Source: Akkermansiaceae bacterium (GTDB taxonomy: Bacteria > Verrucomicrobiota > Verrucomicrobiia > Verrucomicrobiales > Akkermansiaceae). Taken from it: DNA of 64,000 nt. Both the position numbers and the translations under genes were made by a program. The notes beneath the pieces are model-generated. The model did not search any database and was not told the origin of the DNA. It saw only the letters and a program-made list of their open reading frames with translations. The DNA is taken from positions 32,001-96,000 of the forward strand of contig JBPOGF010000007.1 of the NCBI GenBank assembly GCA_051251915.1. The letters run 5' to 3'. Shown piece by piece: positions 31,405-40,152 of the stretch (its first letter is position 1; every line of letters starts with the position of its first letter).

Positions 31405-32094
31405 TTAACGCTTGCGACGCATAAGAAGAAGTCCACCGAGGCCGAGTAGCATGGTTGATGATGGCTCAGGTACTAGTGTGTATTTTACAATCACTTTTCC
31501 TTTTGCTTCATCTGGTGAGTCGAACTGGATAGTAGATCCGCCTTCACCTGAGAGGTTGAAGTATGAGTCCACAGCGAAGTCGATAGTGAATGTTCCTGAA
31601 CCTACATATTGGCTCCAGAATAAATCATTAACTAGGCCTGATCCAGATGCAGAGCTACCTGTGGAGGTGAATGATGCGTAATCTGATCCACCGATATCGA
31701 ATGTAGAGACATCGTCTCCATCGTTCGCTCCTAATGTAGTGTTAGGGATCGTGTATGCTGAAGTGAATCCGTCTAAGATAGGGTCAAATGATCCATCTAA
31801 AAGATCCACAGATGATCCTGTAACGTCGAGTATCACTCCGAAGCTACCAGAGATGGAGGCTTCGGTATCACCTTCGTTATCGACACCTAGAGTGCCACCG
31901 TCTGCGTCCATTACGTAGTAGATCTCAATAGAAGCAAGATCGGCTAAGTTACCATTGTATTGGTTTAGGGTAATAGTGTCAGTGAAATCAATGTTGCCGC
32001 CAAAGCTGTCCATTGATGTTACTACTGTCTGCCCTAGAGTAGGTAGTGTGAGTGCTAGCAGGAGGCTGCCAGCGATTTTATATTTTTTGTTCAT
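31405..32094 (-). CDS. PEP-CTERM protein, choice-of-anchor E-like domain
   Basis: Signal peptide; ITLNQYNGNLADLASIEI, YVGSGT and V.VKYT; C-terminal VPEPSSTMLLGLGGLLLMRRKR. Confidence 0.88.
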   Translation of the reverse strand: MNKKYKIAGSLLLALTLPTLGQTVVTSMDSFGGNIDFTDTITLNQYNGNLADLASIEIYYVMDADGGTLGVDNEGDTEASISGSFGVILDVTGSSVDLLDGSFDPILDGFTSAYTIPNTTLGANDGDDVSTFDIGGSDYASFTSTGSSASGSGLVNDLFWSQYVGSGTFTIDFAVDSYFNLSGEGGSTIQFDSPDEAKGKVIVKYTLVPEPSSTMLLGLGGLLLMRRKR

Positions 32095-32558
32095 GGGAAT
32101 AATGTTGTTTATGTTGAGTGCACGAATTTGTGCACCTGTACATAGGACGCCTTTATCTCTAGGATCTCAATACTATTGAAATAGTTCAAAAATATGTTTA
32201 AATTAGGTGTCATGAATATTAGATAATATTCATTAATTATTGGTACTAATAATCAATATTAGCGTAGCTTTAAAAAAAATGTAATTGTCTTATTTTTAGT
32301 GGTTTTTTTATTTTTTGTGATGTGATTTTAGTTGATTGTCTTATTTACTATAAAGTTAACTGATTCAGTAAGTAAATTTTAGTGTATATTTCATCATGAA
32401 AATTTATTTTATGGGGGAATAAGAAAGTAGTTAACATGAGTTTATTTAAATGCGATAAAGATAGTCTGTGTAGTAACAAAGTAGGCTCAGCTGGATAAGT
32501 GGGGGATGAGTAGTTCTGCTCTTTTTTGCTAAAAATGAGACATCCTGTTAGTTCTCAC

Positions 32559-32586
32559 TTGTCATACTGTTTTGGATAAATAGATT
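32559..32586 (+). promoter_or_regulatory. Putative sigma70 promoter of adk
   Basis: TTGTCA-16 nt-TAGATT, 6 nt before the ATG. Confidence 0.5.
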
Positions 32587-32592
32587 GGTCGT

Positions 32593-33210
32593 ATGTCAAA
32601 GAAACCAGCAATCTTAATTATCGGTGCACCCGGCTCTGGAAAGGGCACGCAAGGGGTGACTCTGGGTATGCTACCTAAGTTTTTTCATTGTGCTTGTGGT
32701 GATGTTTTTCGTTCACTTGATACACGCACGAAGCTAGGGCAGAAATTTGTGGAGTATTCTAGTAAGGGACAATTAGTGCCTGATGAGTTTACGATCGATT
32801 TGTGGAAGGCTCAGATTGAGAATTGGAAGGATAGTCATGTGTATTTCCCGGATGCGGATATTTTGATTCTTGATGGTATTCCTAGGAATGTGGAGCAGGC
32901 TAAGATCTTGGCTGAATATATTGAGGTGTATCAGGTGTTCCACTTATCATGTCCGGATCGGAATGAGTTGGCCCGTAGGATGCGTAAGCGTGCGCTGCGC
33001 TCTAACCGAATAGATGATGCGAATGAGGATGTGATACAGGATAGAATCCAGACTTATGAGGCTGAGACTAAGCCTATTATTGATTTTTATGATGATTCTA
33101 TAATCACTGAGATAGATGCGGCGCAGGAGCCGGTGAAGGTGATGCATGATATTTTGACTAAGATTATTTCCTTACCTATTTATGAGGATATGAAGAAGGT
33201 GGTTCTCTAA
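32593..33210 (+). CDS. adk: Adenylate kinase (short-LID type nucleoside monophosphate kinase)
   Basis: GAPGSGKGTQ, GQLVPD, LDGIPRNVEQA, RIDD. Confidence 0.88.
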   Translation: MSKKPAILIIGAPGSGKGTQGVTLGMLPKFFHCACGDVFRSLDTRTKLGQKFVEYSSKGQLVPDEFTIDLWKAQIENWKDSHVYFPDADILILDGIPRNVEQAKILAEYIEVYQVFHLSCPDRNELARRMRKRALRSNRIDDANEDVIQDRIQTYEAETKPIIDFYDDSIITEIDAAQEPVKVMHDILTKIISLPIYEDMKKVVL

Positions 33211-33222
33211 ATTACTGATCAT

Positions 33223-34188
33223 TTGAAAAAGCAACGAATTTTATTCATGGGGACGGGAGAGATAGCTCTGCCGTCCTTTGTGGCTCTGCTGGAGAGCGAT
33301 TACGAGGTGGTGGGGCTTTTTACTCAGCCGGATAAGCGTGTGGGTAGAAAGCAGGTGATGACTCCGCCGGAGATCAAGGTGGTGGCTGAGGAGAATGGGG
33401 TGCCTGTGTGGCAGCCTGAGAGGTTGAGAGGATCTGAGGAGCTGGAGGTGATAGAGGGGCTTGGGGCTGATCTTATAGTGGTGATGGCTTATGGGCAGAT
33501 TTTACCGAAGCGGGTGATTAATGCACCTCGGATTGCTTGTATTAATTTGCATGCTTCTTTGTTGCCGAAATACCGTGGTGCGTCTTGTATTCAGGGGGCG
33601 ATAGATGCGGGTGATGCGGAGACTGGGATTAGTGTGATGCATGTGGCGCCGGCGCTGGATGAGGGTGATGTGATTTTACAACACAAGTTAGAGATTTTAC
33701 CGGAGCATACTGGTGGGGTGGTGCATGATCTTCTGGCTGAGGTGGCTCCGGTTGCTTTGTTAGAGGGACTGGCGAAGCTGGTGGATGGTAGTGCTGAGCG
33801 GAAGGTGCAGGATGATAGTTTGTCAAATTATGCGCCGAAGTTGATGCGTGAGGATGGTGAGCTGGACTGGAAGATGTCTGCTGCTGAGGTGGAACGCCGA
33901 GTGAGGGCGTATGATCCGTGGCCGGAGACTAGCACTACGTTTGTGGAGGCTAAGGGGAAGGCGCAAGGGAAGGTGAAGAGGTTGAAGATTTTTCCACAGG
34001 TTGTGGTGGAGAGTGAGCTGGGCGGGAAGCCTGGGGAGGTGCTGGAGCTTAGTAAGAATGGTCTGGTTATTGCTTGTGGGGAGGGTGCTGTTCGGTGCAC
34101 TAACATTCAGCCTGAGGGTAGTGCAAGGATGACTGCGGAGCAGTTTGCCACTGGTGGGAGGATTGTGGTGGGTGATCTACTTTCGTAG
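33223..34188 (+). CDS. fmt: Methionyl-tRNA formyltransferase
   Basis: FMGT, TQPDK..GRK, VMAYGQILP, INLHASLLPKYRGA, LDEGD, RAYDPWP. Confidence 0.96.
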   Translation: MKKQRILFMGTGEIALPSFVALLESDYEVVGLFTQPDKRVGRKQVMTPPEIKVVAEENGVPVWQPERLRGSEELEVIEGLGADLIVVMAYGQILPKRVINAPRIACINLHASLLPKYRGASCIQGAIDAGDAETGISVMHVAPALDEGDVILQHKLEILPEHTGGVVHDLLAEVAPVALLEGLAKLVDGSAERKVQDDSLSNYAPKLMREDGELDWKMSAAEVERRVRAYDPWPETSTTFVEAKGKAQGKVKRLKIFPQVVVESELGGKPGEVLELSKNGLVIACGEGAVRCTNIQPEGSARMTAEQFATGGRIVVGDLLS

Positions 34189-35430
34189 TTTCTTCAAGGC
34201 CTCTAGCCTCTCTAGCATGGGGGGGTGGGAGTAGTCTAGGAAGACTGGGAGTGGGTGTGGGGTGAGGTTTACTAGGTTGTCTGCTGAGAGTTTCTTGAGT
34301 GACTGGATGAGGTGGTCTGGGGTGCCTTGGGCGTTTGTGGCGTATGCGTCTGCCTCGAACTCGTGTTTGCGGCTGGACATGTTGCTAAAGATTCCGAGGA
34401 CTTTTTTGACTGGGGCGAAGAGGAGGCCGAAGAAGATGAGTCCGGCGTAGACTGAGATGTTGTCCATCTTGAAGGCGCCGAAGAGGTATTCTGCTACGGG
34501 GCCGTTTTTGTCTGTGACGAGGCCTAGGAGGTAGAATACTACGGCGGACTGGATGATGCCGATGACCATGCGTTTGACGATGTGCTTGCATTTGAAGTGG
34601 CCGATCTCGTGGGCGAGGATGCCGACTAGGCCTTCTGTGGTGTGGTTTTCTACGAGGGTGTCGAAGAGGGCTATTTTTTTATTTTTGCCGAAGCCGGTGA
34701 AGAAGGCGTTGGATTTGGTGGAGCGCTTGGAGCCGTCCATGATGAAGAGTTCTGTGAGGGGGAAGTCGCATTTTTTGGCCATGTCGTTGATGGCGTCTTT
34801 GAGTTCTCCTTCTGGCATTGGCTCGAATTTATTGAAGAGGGGGAGGAAGACTGATGGGGCGATGTAGGTGAGGAGGAGCTGGATGATGGTGAATGCGGCC
34901 CATGCCCAGAGCCAAGCCATGGGGACGGAGTCGAAGATCCAGAGGATGAGGGCGAGGATGGGTCCGCCGATGAGGGCCATGAGGATGAGGCCTTTGATCT
35001 GGTCGATGATGAATGTTTTGAGGGTGGTTTTGTTGAAGCCGAATTTTTCTTCGATGACGAAGGTGTCGTAGAGCTGGAAGGGGATCATGATGATGATCTG
35101 GGCGGCGAAGAGGAGGGCCATGAAGATGAGGCCGGTGATGATTTCTCCGTGGCCGAAGCTGCGGACGAGGTTGTCTAGCCAGTTGAAGCCGCCGGTGAGC
35201 CAGAAGCCGAGCATGAGCATGAGGGAGAAGATGCTCTCGATGATGCCGAATTTTTCTGTGACGCGGACGTAGTTTTGTGATTTGGCGTATTTGTCAGCAT
35301 CAAAGACATCGGAAAATTCTTCTGGGAGTTTGGGGTCGAGCGCTTTGAGGTTTAGGAGGGTGGCGATGAAGTCCAGGTTCCAGAGTGCTAGGAGTGAGAT
35401 GATGATGAAGAGGGCTAATGCGTTTTCCAT
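34177..35430 (-). CDS. M48 family (Ste24-like) membrane metallopeptidase
   Basis: IEEKFGFNK, DGSKRSTKSNAFFTG, HEIGH, EFEADAYA, YSHPP..ERL. Confidence 0.95.
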   Translation of the reverse strand: MENALALFIIISLLALWNLDFIATLLNLKALDPKLPEEFSDVFDADKYAKSQNYVRVTEKFGIIESIFSLMLMLGFWLTGGFNWLDNLVRSFGHGEIITGLIFMALLFAAQIIIMIPFQLYDTFVIEEKFGFNKTTLKTFIIDQIKGLILMALIGGPILALILWIFDSVPMAWLWAWAAFTIIQLLLTYIAPSVFLPLFNKFEPMPEGELKDAINDMAKKCDFPLTELFIMDGSKRSTKSNAFFTGFGKNKKIALFDTLVENHTTEGLVGILAHEIGHFKCKHIVKRMVIGIIQSAVVFYLLGLVTDKNGPVAEYLFGAFKMDNISVYAGLIFFGLLFAPVKKVLGIFSNMSSRKHEFEADAYATNAQGTPDHLIQSLKKLSADNLVNLTPHPLPVFLDYSHPPMLERLEALKKLRK

Positions 35431-35500
35431 GGGGGAATGCATAATTGGGGGAGAGAGATATGCAAGGATAGAGTTGTGTGGTGTGGTGGTGATTTTAAAT

Positions 35501-35535
35501 AAAAAGCCACACTTTGCGTGAGCAAGGTGTGGCTT
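35501..35535 (-). terminator. Intrinsic terminator of the PEP-CTERM gene 35562-36374
   Basis: AAAAAGCCACACTTTGC-GTGA-GCAAGGTGTGGCTT hairpin with T tract on the minus strand. Confidence 0.8.
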
Positions 35536-35561
35536 CTGAAAAAATGATGAGTTTTTAGAAT

Positions 35562-36374
35562 TTATTTACGGCGGCGTAGAATGAGTGCTAATCCACCGAG
35601 GCCTAGTAGGGCTGTTGATGATGGCTCTGGCACTAGGGTGAGAGTGCTTCCACCACCTCCTCCGTTTGGTGTGACTAGGAAGTAATCTGCAAAGTTAAGA
35701 TCGGTAATTTCAACACCACCAACACCACTAACACCACCAACCTTGACTGCACGAGCTGAACTCTTATTGGCAGTACCTAAGTTTTCATTCCCTGCACCTG
35801 ACACTAATTGTGCCATCCAATCGGCAGCATCATCGTCACCGGCACTTATAAAACTACCAGTCCAATCACTTGCTATATGGAAAAAGCCGTTGTCTTGGTT
35901 AATCCTGAGATCGAAATCATCTGTCGCATTAATGATGGCGTCACCGCTGATATTAAAACCTCCAACACTACTATTAACAAGCAATTGTTGTCCGAAGTTG
36001 ACCTGCCCTCCCGAAAGATTGAATATACTTCCTGAGTTTGCGTTGAAATTTAGACCTGTGGTCCCTGCAAGGGTTCCTCCCTGGAGGTTCCAGACGAGAC
36101 CGGCTGAGTTAGCGTTAAAAGTTCCACTGATAGTGCCTGCATCTTGGTTAATTGTAACATCGGCAAATGCTCCGTTAAAGTTGCCAGCAACGGTTCCATC
36201 TACGCTAATAGTTCCAATGTCACCTGCGACAGGCAAAGCTCCTGGAGAGTCACCCCAGCTAGCAGCAGTTCTAATTTCACCTCCGTTAAAAATGACAGTA
36301 GCTGCTGAAGATACAGCGGTGAGGCCTAGCGAGCATATTGCCAGTCCGAGTGATAGTTTGGTTGTTGTATTCAT
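35562..36374 (-). CDS. PEP-CTERM sorting domain protein, Gly/Asn-rich with beta-helix-like repeats
   Basis: Signal peptide; repeated (W/F)NL.GG motifs; VPEPSSTALLGLGGLALILRRRK. Confidence 0.92.
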   Translation of the reverse strand: MNTTTKLSLGLAICSLGLTAVSSAATVIFNGGEIRTAASWGDSPGALPVAGDIGTISVDGTVAGNFNGAFADVTINQDAGTISGTFNANSAGLVWNLQGGTLAGTTGLNFNANSGSIFNLSGGQVNFGQQLLVNSSVGGFNISGDAIINATDDFDLRINQDNGFFHIASDWTGSFISAGDDDAADWMAQLVSGAGNENLGTANKSSARAVKVGGVSGVGGVEITDLNFADYFLVTPNGGGGGSTLTLVPEPSSTALLGLGGLALILRRRK

Positions 36375-36564
36375 GTGTGTTATTTTTATGTGTTAGTTGT
36401 GTGCTGGATATTTAGTGTTGGTTTTTTAGTAAAAACAATGTGTGTACCATTCTAGGTTTGTCATCATACATAAATTCTATCTTTTGGTAACCTAGCCAAT
36501 TGGCTAGGTGTTGGTGAGGTGAGTTTGAATTAGGTGGAGCTTAAGGATGGGGGATTTAACTCCT

Positions 36565-37104
36565 TTATTTAACATTGTTGATTTCGGTGATTGCTAGGTA
36601 GGTTTTGTCTGGGTGGGAGAAGAGGGCTTGCCAGAACCATTGTTCTGCTGATGGCCAGCTTTTGGTGCCGGAGGGAGAGGGAGAGGGGGAGTGGGAGTGG
36701 GAGAGGATGGTGGATTTTACGGTGAGTTTGATTTGGGTGTTTTGTGCGGTGTAGGTTTGCCAGATGGTTCCGGTGGGGTCTTGTGTGTTGGTGGGTGGGG
36801 AGAGGGTGAAGCCGCTGGATTTGAGGCAGGTTCTGGAGTTGTGGAGTTTTCTGGTGGCTCCTGTGACTTGTCTGAAGATGATGAGGCCTTGTGGGTGTTG
36901 GTAGGTTTCGATGATGCCGGGGAAGTGTTTGGCGAATTGTGCTTCTAGGTGGCTGGGGGTGCATTTTTGGAGGGGGAGGTTTTGGTATTGCTGGGGGATG
37001 GTGATGGTGGTTTGTGGGGGTGATGGTGGTTTTTGTAGGATGCTTGTGGAGTAGAGCCAGGTGAGGTTGCAGGTTAGCATGAGGATGAGGTAGAGTTTAG
37101 GCAT
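36565..37104 (-). CDS. Exosortase-associated EpsI-like membrane-anchored protein
   Basis: N-terminal hydrophobic anchor; KLHNSRTCLKSSGF resembles the EpsI H...C...G(F/W) motif; overlaps the exosortase stop by 8 nt. Confidence 0.65.
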   Translation of the reverse strand: MPKLYLILMLTCNLTWLYSTSILQKPPSPPQTTITIPQQYQNLPLQKCTPSHLEAQFAKHFPGIIETYQHPQGLIIFRQVTGATRKLHNSRTCLKSSGFTLSPPTNTQDPTGTIWQTYTAQNTQIKLTVKSTILSHSHSPSPSPSGTKSWPSAEQWFWQALFSHPDKTYLAITEINNVK

Positions 37105-37855
37105 GATTGGCTGAGAGTTTCTGGGTGAGTGAGATGAGGAGGGTTAGGCAGAGGGTGTAGAGGGCGATTCCTACTCCTATGTGGGTCCAGTCTGGCCAGT
37201 GGACTAGGTTGCTTTCTGGGAAGAAGAGGATGCAGCCTCGGAGGGCATTTATGAGGATCATGATGAGGGTGGTGGTGGAGAATAGGATGATGCCTTTTTT
37301 CCATGTGAGCTTGAAGAAGACGCAGAGGATGGCGGATAGGGTGATGCCGGCGCAGAGCATATTGATACCGCTGCAGGGTGGGTCTACGAAGACTTGTTGG
37401 CTTTGGTAAATGAGGCCTGTGCCATCGGCTTCTACGTTGTAGCCTATTGAGTTGAGCAGGCTGCCGGAGAGCTGGGTGACTAGTTTTCTGAGGGGGTAGC
37501 CGAGGAAGAACTGGAGGGAGCTTAGCCAGGGTAGGGAGAGGTAGGCTAGGGCTGAGAGACCAAAATTTCTGAGTAGTCCGAAGTGATGGAGGAGGGTGGT
37601 GATGGCTAGTGTGGCCTTGATGGTGGCGGGGAGGTGGAGGAGCCAGAATATGGAGTAGAGCGTCAGACCTAGGAGAGAAAGCCAGTTACTATTTCGCTGA
37701 GTGCGAGGGGTGTTTATAGCAAAGTAGATGACTAGTGGGATGAGGATGATGGATAGAGCTTCCTCTCCTCCATGCATCATGCGGTTTGCGTACCAGATGT
37801 AGCTTGGTATGAAACTTAGCAGGATGCATAGGTTGGTTGTCTGACGCGGGTTCAT
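37097..37855 (-). CDS. Exosortase/archaeosortase family transpeptidase
   Basis: Multi-TM; catalytic Cys in VDPPCSGINML, Arg in NALR, His in WTHIGVG; GYPLR motif. Confidence 0.9.
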   Translation of the reverse strand: MNPRQTTNLCILLSFIPSYIWYANRMMHGGEEALSIILIPLVIYFAINTPRTQRNSNWLSLLGLTLYSIFWLLHLPATIKATLAITTLLHHFGLLRNFGLSALAYLSLPWLSSLQFFLGYPLRKLVTQLSGSLLNSIGYNVEADGTGLIYQSQQVFVDPPCSGINMLCAGITLSAILCVFFKLTWKKGIILFSTTTLIMILINALRGCILFFPESNLVHWPDWTHIGVGIALYTLCLTLLISLTQKLSANHA

Positions 37856-37856
37856 T

Positions 37857-39908
37857 TTAATTTCTGTTACGCACTAGGAGGCAGGCGAATGCGGAGATGA
37901 TGAAGAGGAGGGTGGAGCTTGGTTCTGGGATGCTGCCGTTCTTCATGCTCTGTGCTGGGGAGAGTGCGTTCATGCTGACTCCTGCGGGGAGGGGGAGTGG
38001 CTGGGTGACGGATTTAGCATTGCCGGTGAAGTCGCGTGGGGTTTCATCTACTGCTACGAATGAGGTGTAGGGGGTGAGTAGTTGGTATTCTAGGCCTAGG
38101 TTGGTGATGCGTTGTTTGAGGTCAGCGCTGGCTGAGAAGGTGTTGAAGTCGATTAGCTCGCGGACGGTTTCTCTGGCCCAGAGGTCTCTGATGACGGGGT
38201 TTTGTTTTTTGGATTGTTTTCCGGTTTGTTTTTCGCTTTTTGTGTCGATGGTGAAGGTCTGGGAGAATGTTTCATCACTTCCGGTTTTTCCTGTGATGGT
38301 TATTTTTCCGTATTGGGGGCCTTTGGTTTTCCATTTTCCGGTGACTACGAGTGCGCGGTTGGCGAAGAGGTCATTGAGGCCTGAGGGCTGAACTTCTGTT
38401 AGGTGGATGTCTTCTGAGTTGATGGTGATGTTGGTGAGGACTGGTGAGGAGATGTATTCAGCGAATTTGGCGGCTACGGCTTCTGCTTCTTGAGGCTGGG
38501 TGACGATGAAGGGTTCTCCTCCGCCGACTTTGGCGATGCCTTCGATGAGGTGGCGGTTTACTGAGCTGCCGATGCCGAAGCTGTAGATGTTTGCTGTGCC
38601 TCGGTGGCTGCGGATGATTTCGAAGGTTTGTGGGTCTTCTGAGATGTAGCCATCGGTGATGATGACGATGTTGCGTGATAGGTCTGTGTTGGAGGTCATG
38701 GAGAGCGCTTTCTTGAGAGCGCTGTTTAGTTCGGTTCCGCCGGAGCCGTTGTGTTGATTCATTTTATCGAATGCGTTTTGGATGTTTGCGCGGGTGGCGG
38801 GGATGGGGTGTGGGGAGAGGAGCTGGGTTGTTCCTGCGAAGAACTGGATGTTGAATTGATCGATGGGGCGGAGGTTGTTTCCTAGGTTCAGGAAGAGTTT
38901 CTTGGCAGTTTTGAGTGGGAATCCGGTCATGGAGCCTGAGACATCGATGACGAAGAGGTATTCGCGTGGTGGGATGTGTGCAGGGGTGACTCTGGCTGGT
39001 GGCTGGACGTTGATGAGGAAGAAATTTTCATCGGCACCTTGGTGGGTGGTGATGCCGGAGACGATTTTTTCATCGGCTAGTCTGAATCTGAGGATGAAGT
39101 CGCGGTTGGCTTGGTAGCCGGTGGCTGAGGAGTCTAGTGAGACGGTGGTTTGGTTTGGAGCTAAGTGGTTGATTGTTGGTTGATGGCTTGGGCATTGGAA
39201 GGCTTGGAATGTTAGTGATGTGTTGACGGTTGCGTTGATGGAGAAGTGTGGTTCTTGAGGAGCGGTTGATTTGTTGGTGGGGTCGTAGTAGGGGGTGTTT
39301 ACCCATTCTAGGGTGCCGGAATCTGGTGATGCTTGGGTGGTGTCTCCTGCGTAGCGGGGGCCGACTACGGTTGGGAAAATCCACTCGTAGGTGTTGTCTT
39401 CTGGGATGAGGAGTTCTGAGAAGGTGATCTGGACCTCGATGGTTTCTCCTGGGAGGATGTTGGCTACTTTGGTTTGGAAGACATTGGGGCGCTTTTGCTC
39501 CAGGAGGGAGGTGGCTTTTTTCTCGGCTTTGGCTTTTTGGTAGATGGCTTTGGCGTCTTGTTTTTCTTTGATTTTGGCTTTGATGGTGCGGTCGCCAATT
39601 TGCATTTCCATGGCGTGGACAGCGGCTCTGGTGGATAGCGGGAAGGTGTAGGTTGCTTCGATGGGGGTGGTGTGGGTGTTTTTGTAGACTTGGGTGACTG
39701 TGGCTTTTACGATGCCGTCTGTTAGGGTGGCGTCTACTTTGGTGGAGAGGAGGGGGAAGGTGGATTGAGGTTCTGACGAATCTGTTTCCATGTAGGGGGC
39801 TTCGGTCTTGAATTCTTGGGGTGCGGCGGTGAGTGAGCCGGCTAGTAGCAGTGAGGTAGCGAGTAGGGCTCCGGTGATTTTGTTTATGTTATTTAGGATA
39901 GTTTTCAT
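37857..39908 (-). CDS. VIT + vWA domain protein with PEP-CTERM-like tail
   Basis: IEATYTFPL, LLEQKRPNVF (VIT); FVIDVSGSM, GGTEL, IITDG (vWA MIDAS); LLTPYTSFVAVD; IPEPSSTLLFIISAFACLLVRNRN. Confidence 0.92.
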   Translation of the reverse strand: MKTILNNINKITGALLATSLLLAGSLTAAPQEFKTEAPYMETDSSEPQSTFPLLSTKVDATLTDGIVKATVTQVYKNTHTTPIEATYTFPLSTRAAVHAMEMQIGDRTIKAKIKEKQDAKAIYQKAKAEKKATSLLEQKRPNVFQTKVANILPGETIEVQITFSELLIPEDNTYEWIFPTVVGPRYAGDTTQASPDSGTLEWVNTPYYDPTNKSTAPQEPHFSINATVNTSLTFQAFQCPSHQPTINHLAPNQTTVSLDSSATGYQANRDFILRFRLADEKIVSGITTHQGADENFFLINVQPPARVTPAHIPPREYLFVIDVSGSMTGFPLKTAKKLFLNLGNNLRPIDQFNIQFFAGTTQLLSPHPIPATRANIQNAFDKMNQHNGSGGTELNSALKKALSMTSNTDLSRNIVIITDGYISEDPQTFEIIRSHRGTANIYSFGIGSSVNRHLIEGIAKVGGGEPFIVTQPQEAEAVAAKFAEYISSPVLTNITINSEDIHLTEVQPSGLNDLFANRALVVTGKWKTKGPQYGKITITGKTGSDETFSQTFTIDTKSEKQTGKQSKKQNPVIRDLWARETVRELIDFNTFSASADLKQRITNLGLEYQLLTPYTSFVAVDETPRDFTGNAKSVTQPLPLPAGVSMNALSPAQSMKNGSIPEPSSTLLFIISAFACLLVRNRN

Positions 39909-40152
39909 ATTCGATGATTTCTTAGTCGAGGTAAGGAAAGCATGGGAATTTGAAGTTATGATGAAGAGGGGGTGAATTTTGTGTGAATTTAAATAGAGGT
40001 TTTATCAGGTTGGTGATGGGGCGGGTGGTGAGGTTTGGGTGGAGGAGGGATCGGGGATGTGGCGTGTTTGTGGGGTGATGAGTTGGTGGTTGTAAATTCT
40101 GTGAAATCAGCTAGTTTCGCGCCGCCTGGAGCAAAAGCAGAGGCGTAAGAGT

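Noticed and set aside
34177..34188. Convergent overlap of fmt and the M48 peptidase
   Set aside because: A 12 nt tail-to-tail overlap is ordinary
35743..36396. 217 aa + strand ORF
   Set aside because: Antisense shadow of the PEP-CTERM gene, which has a signal peptide and sorting tail
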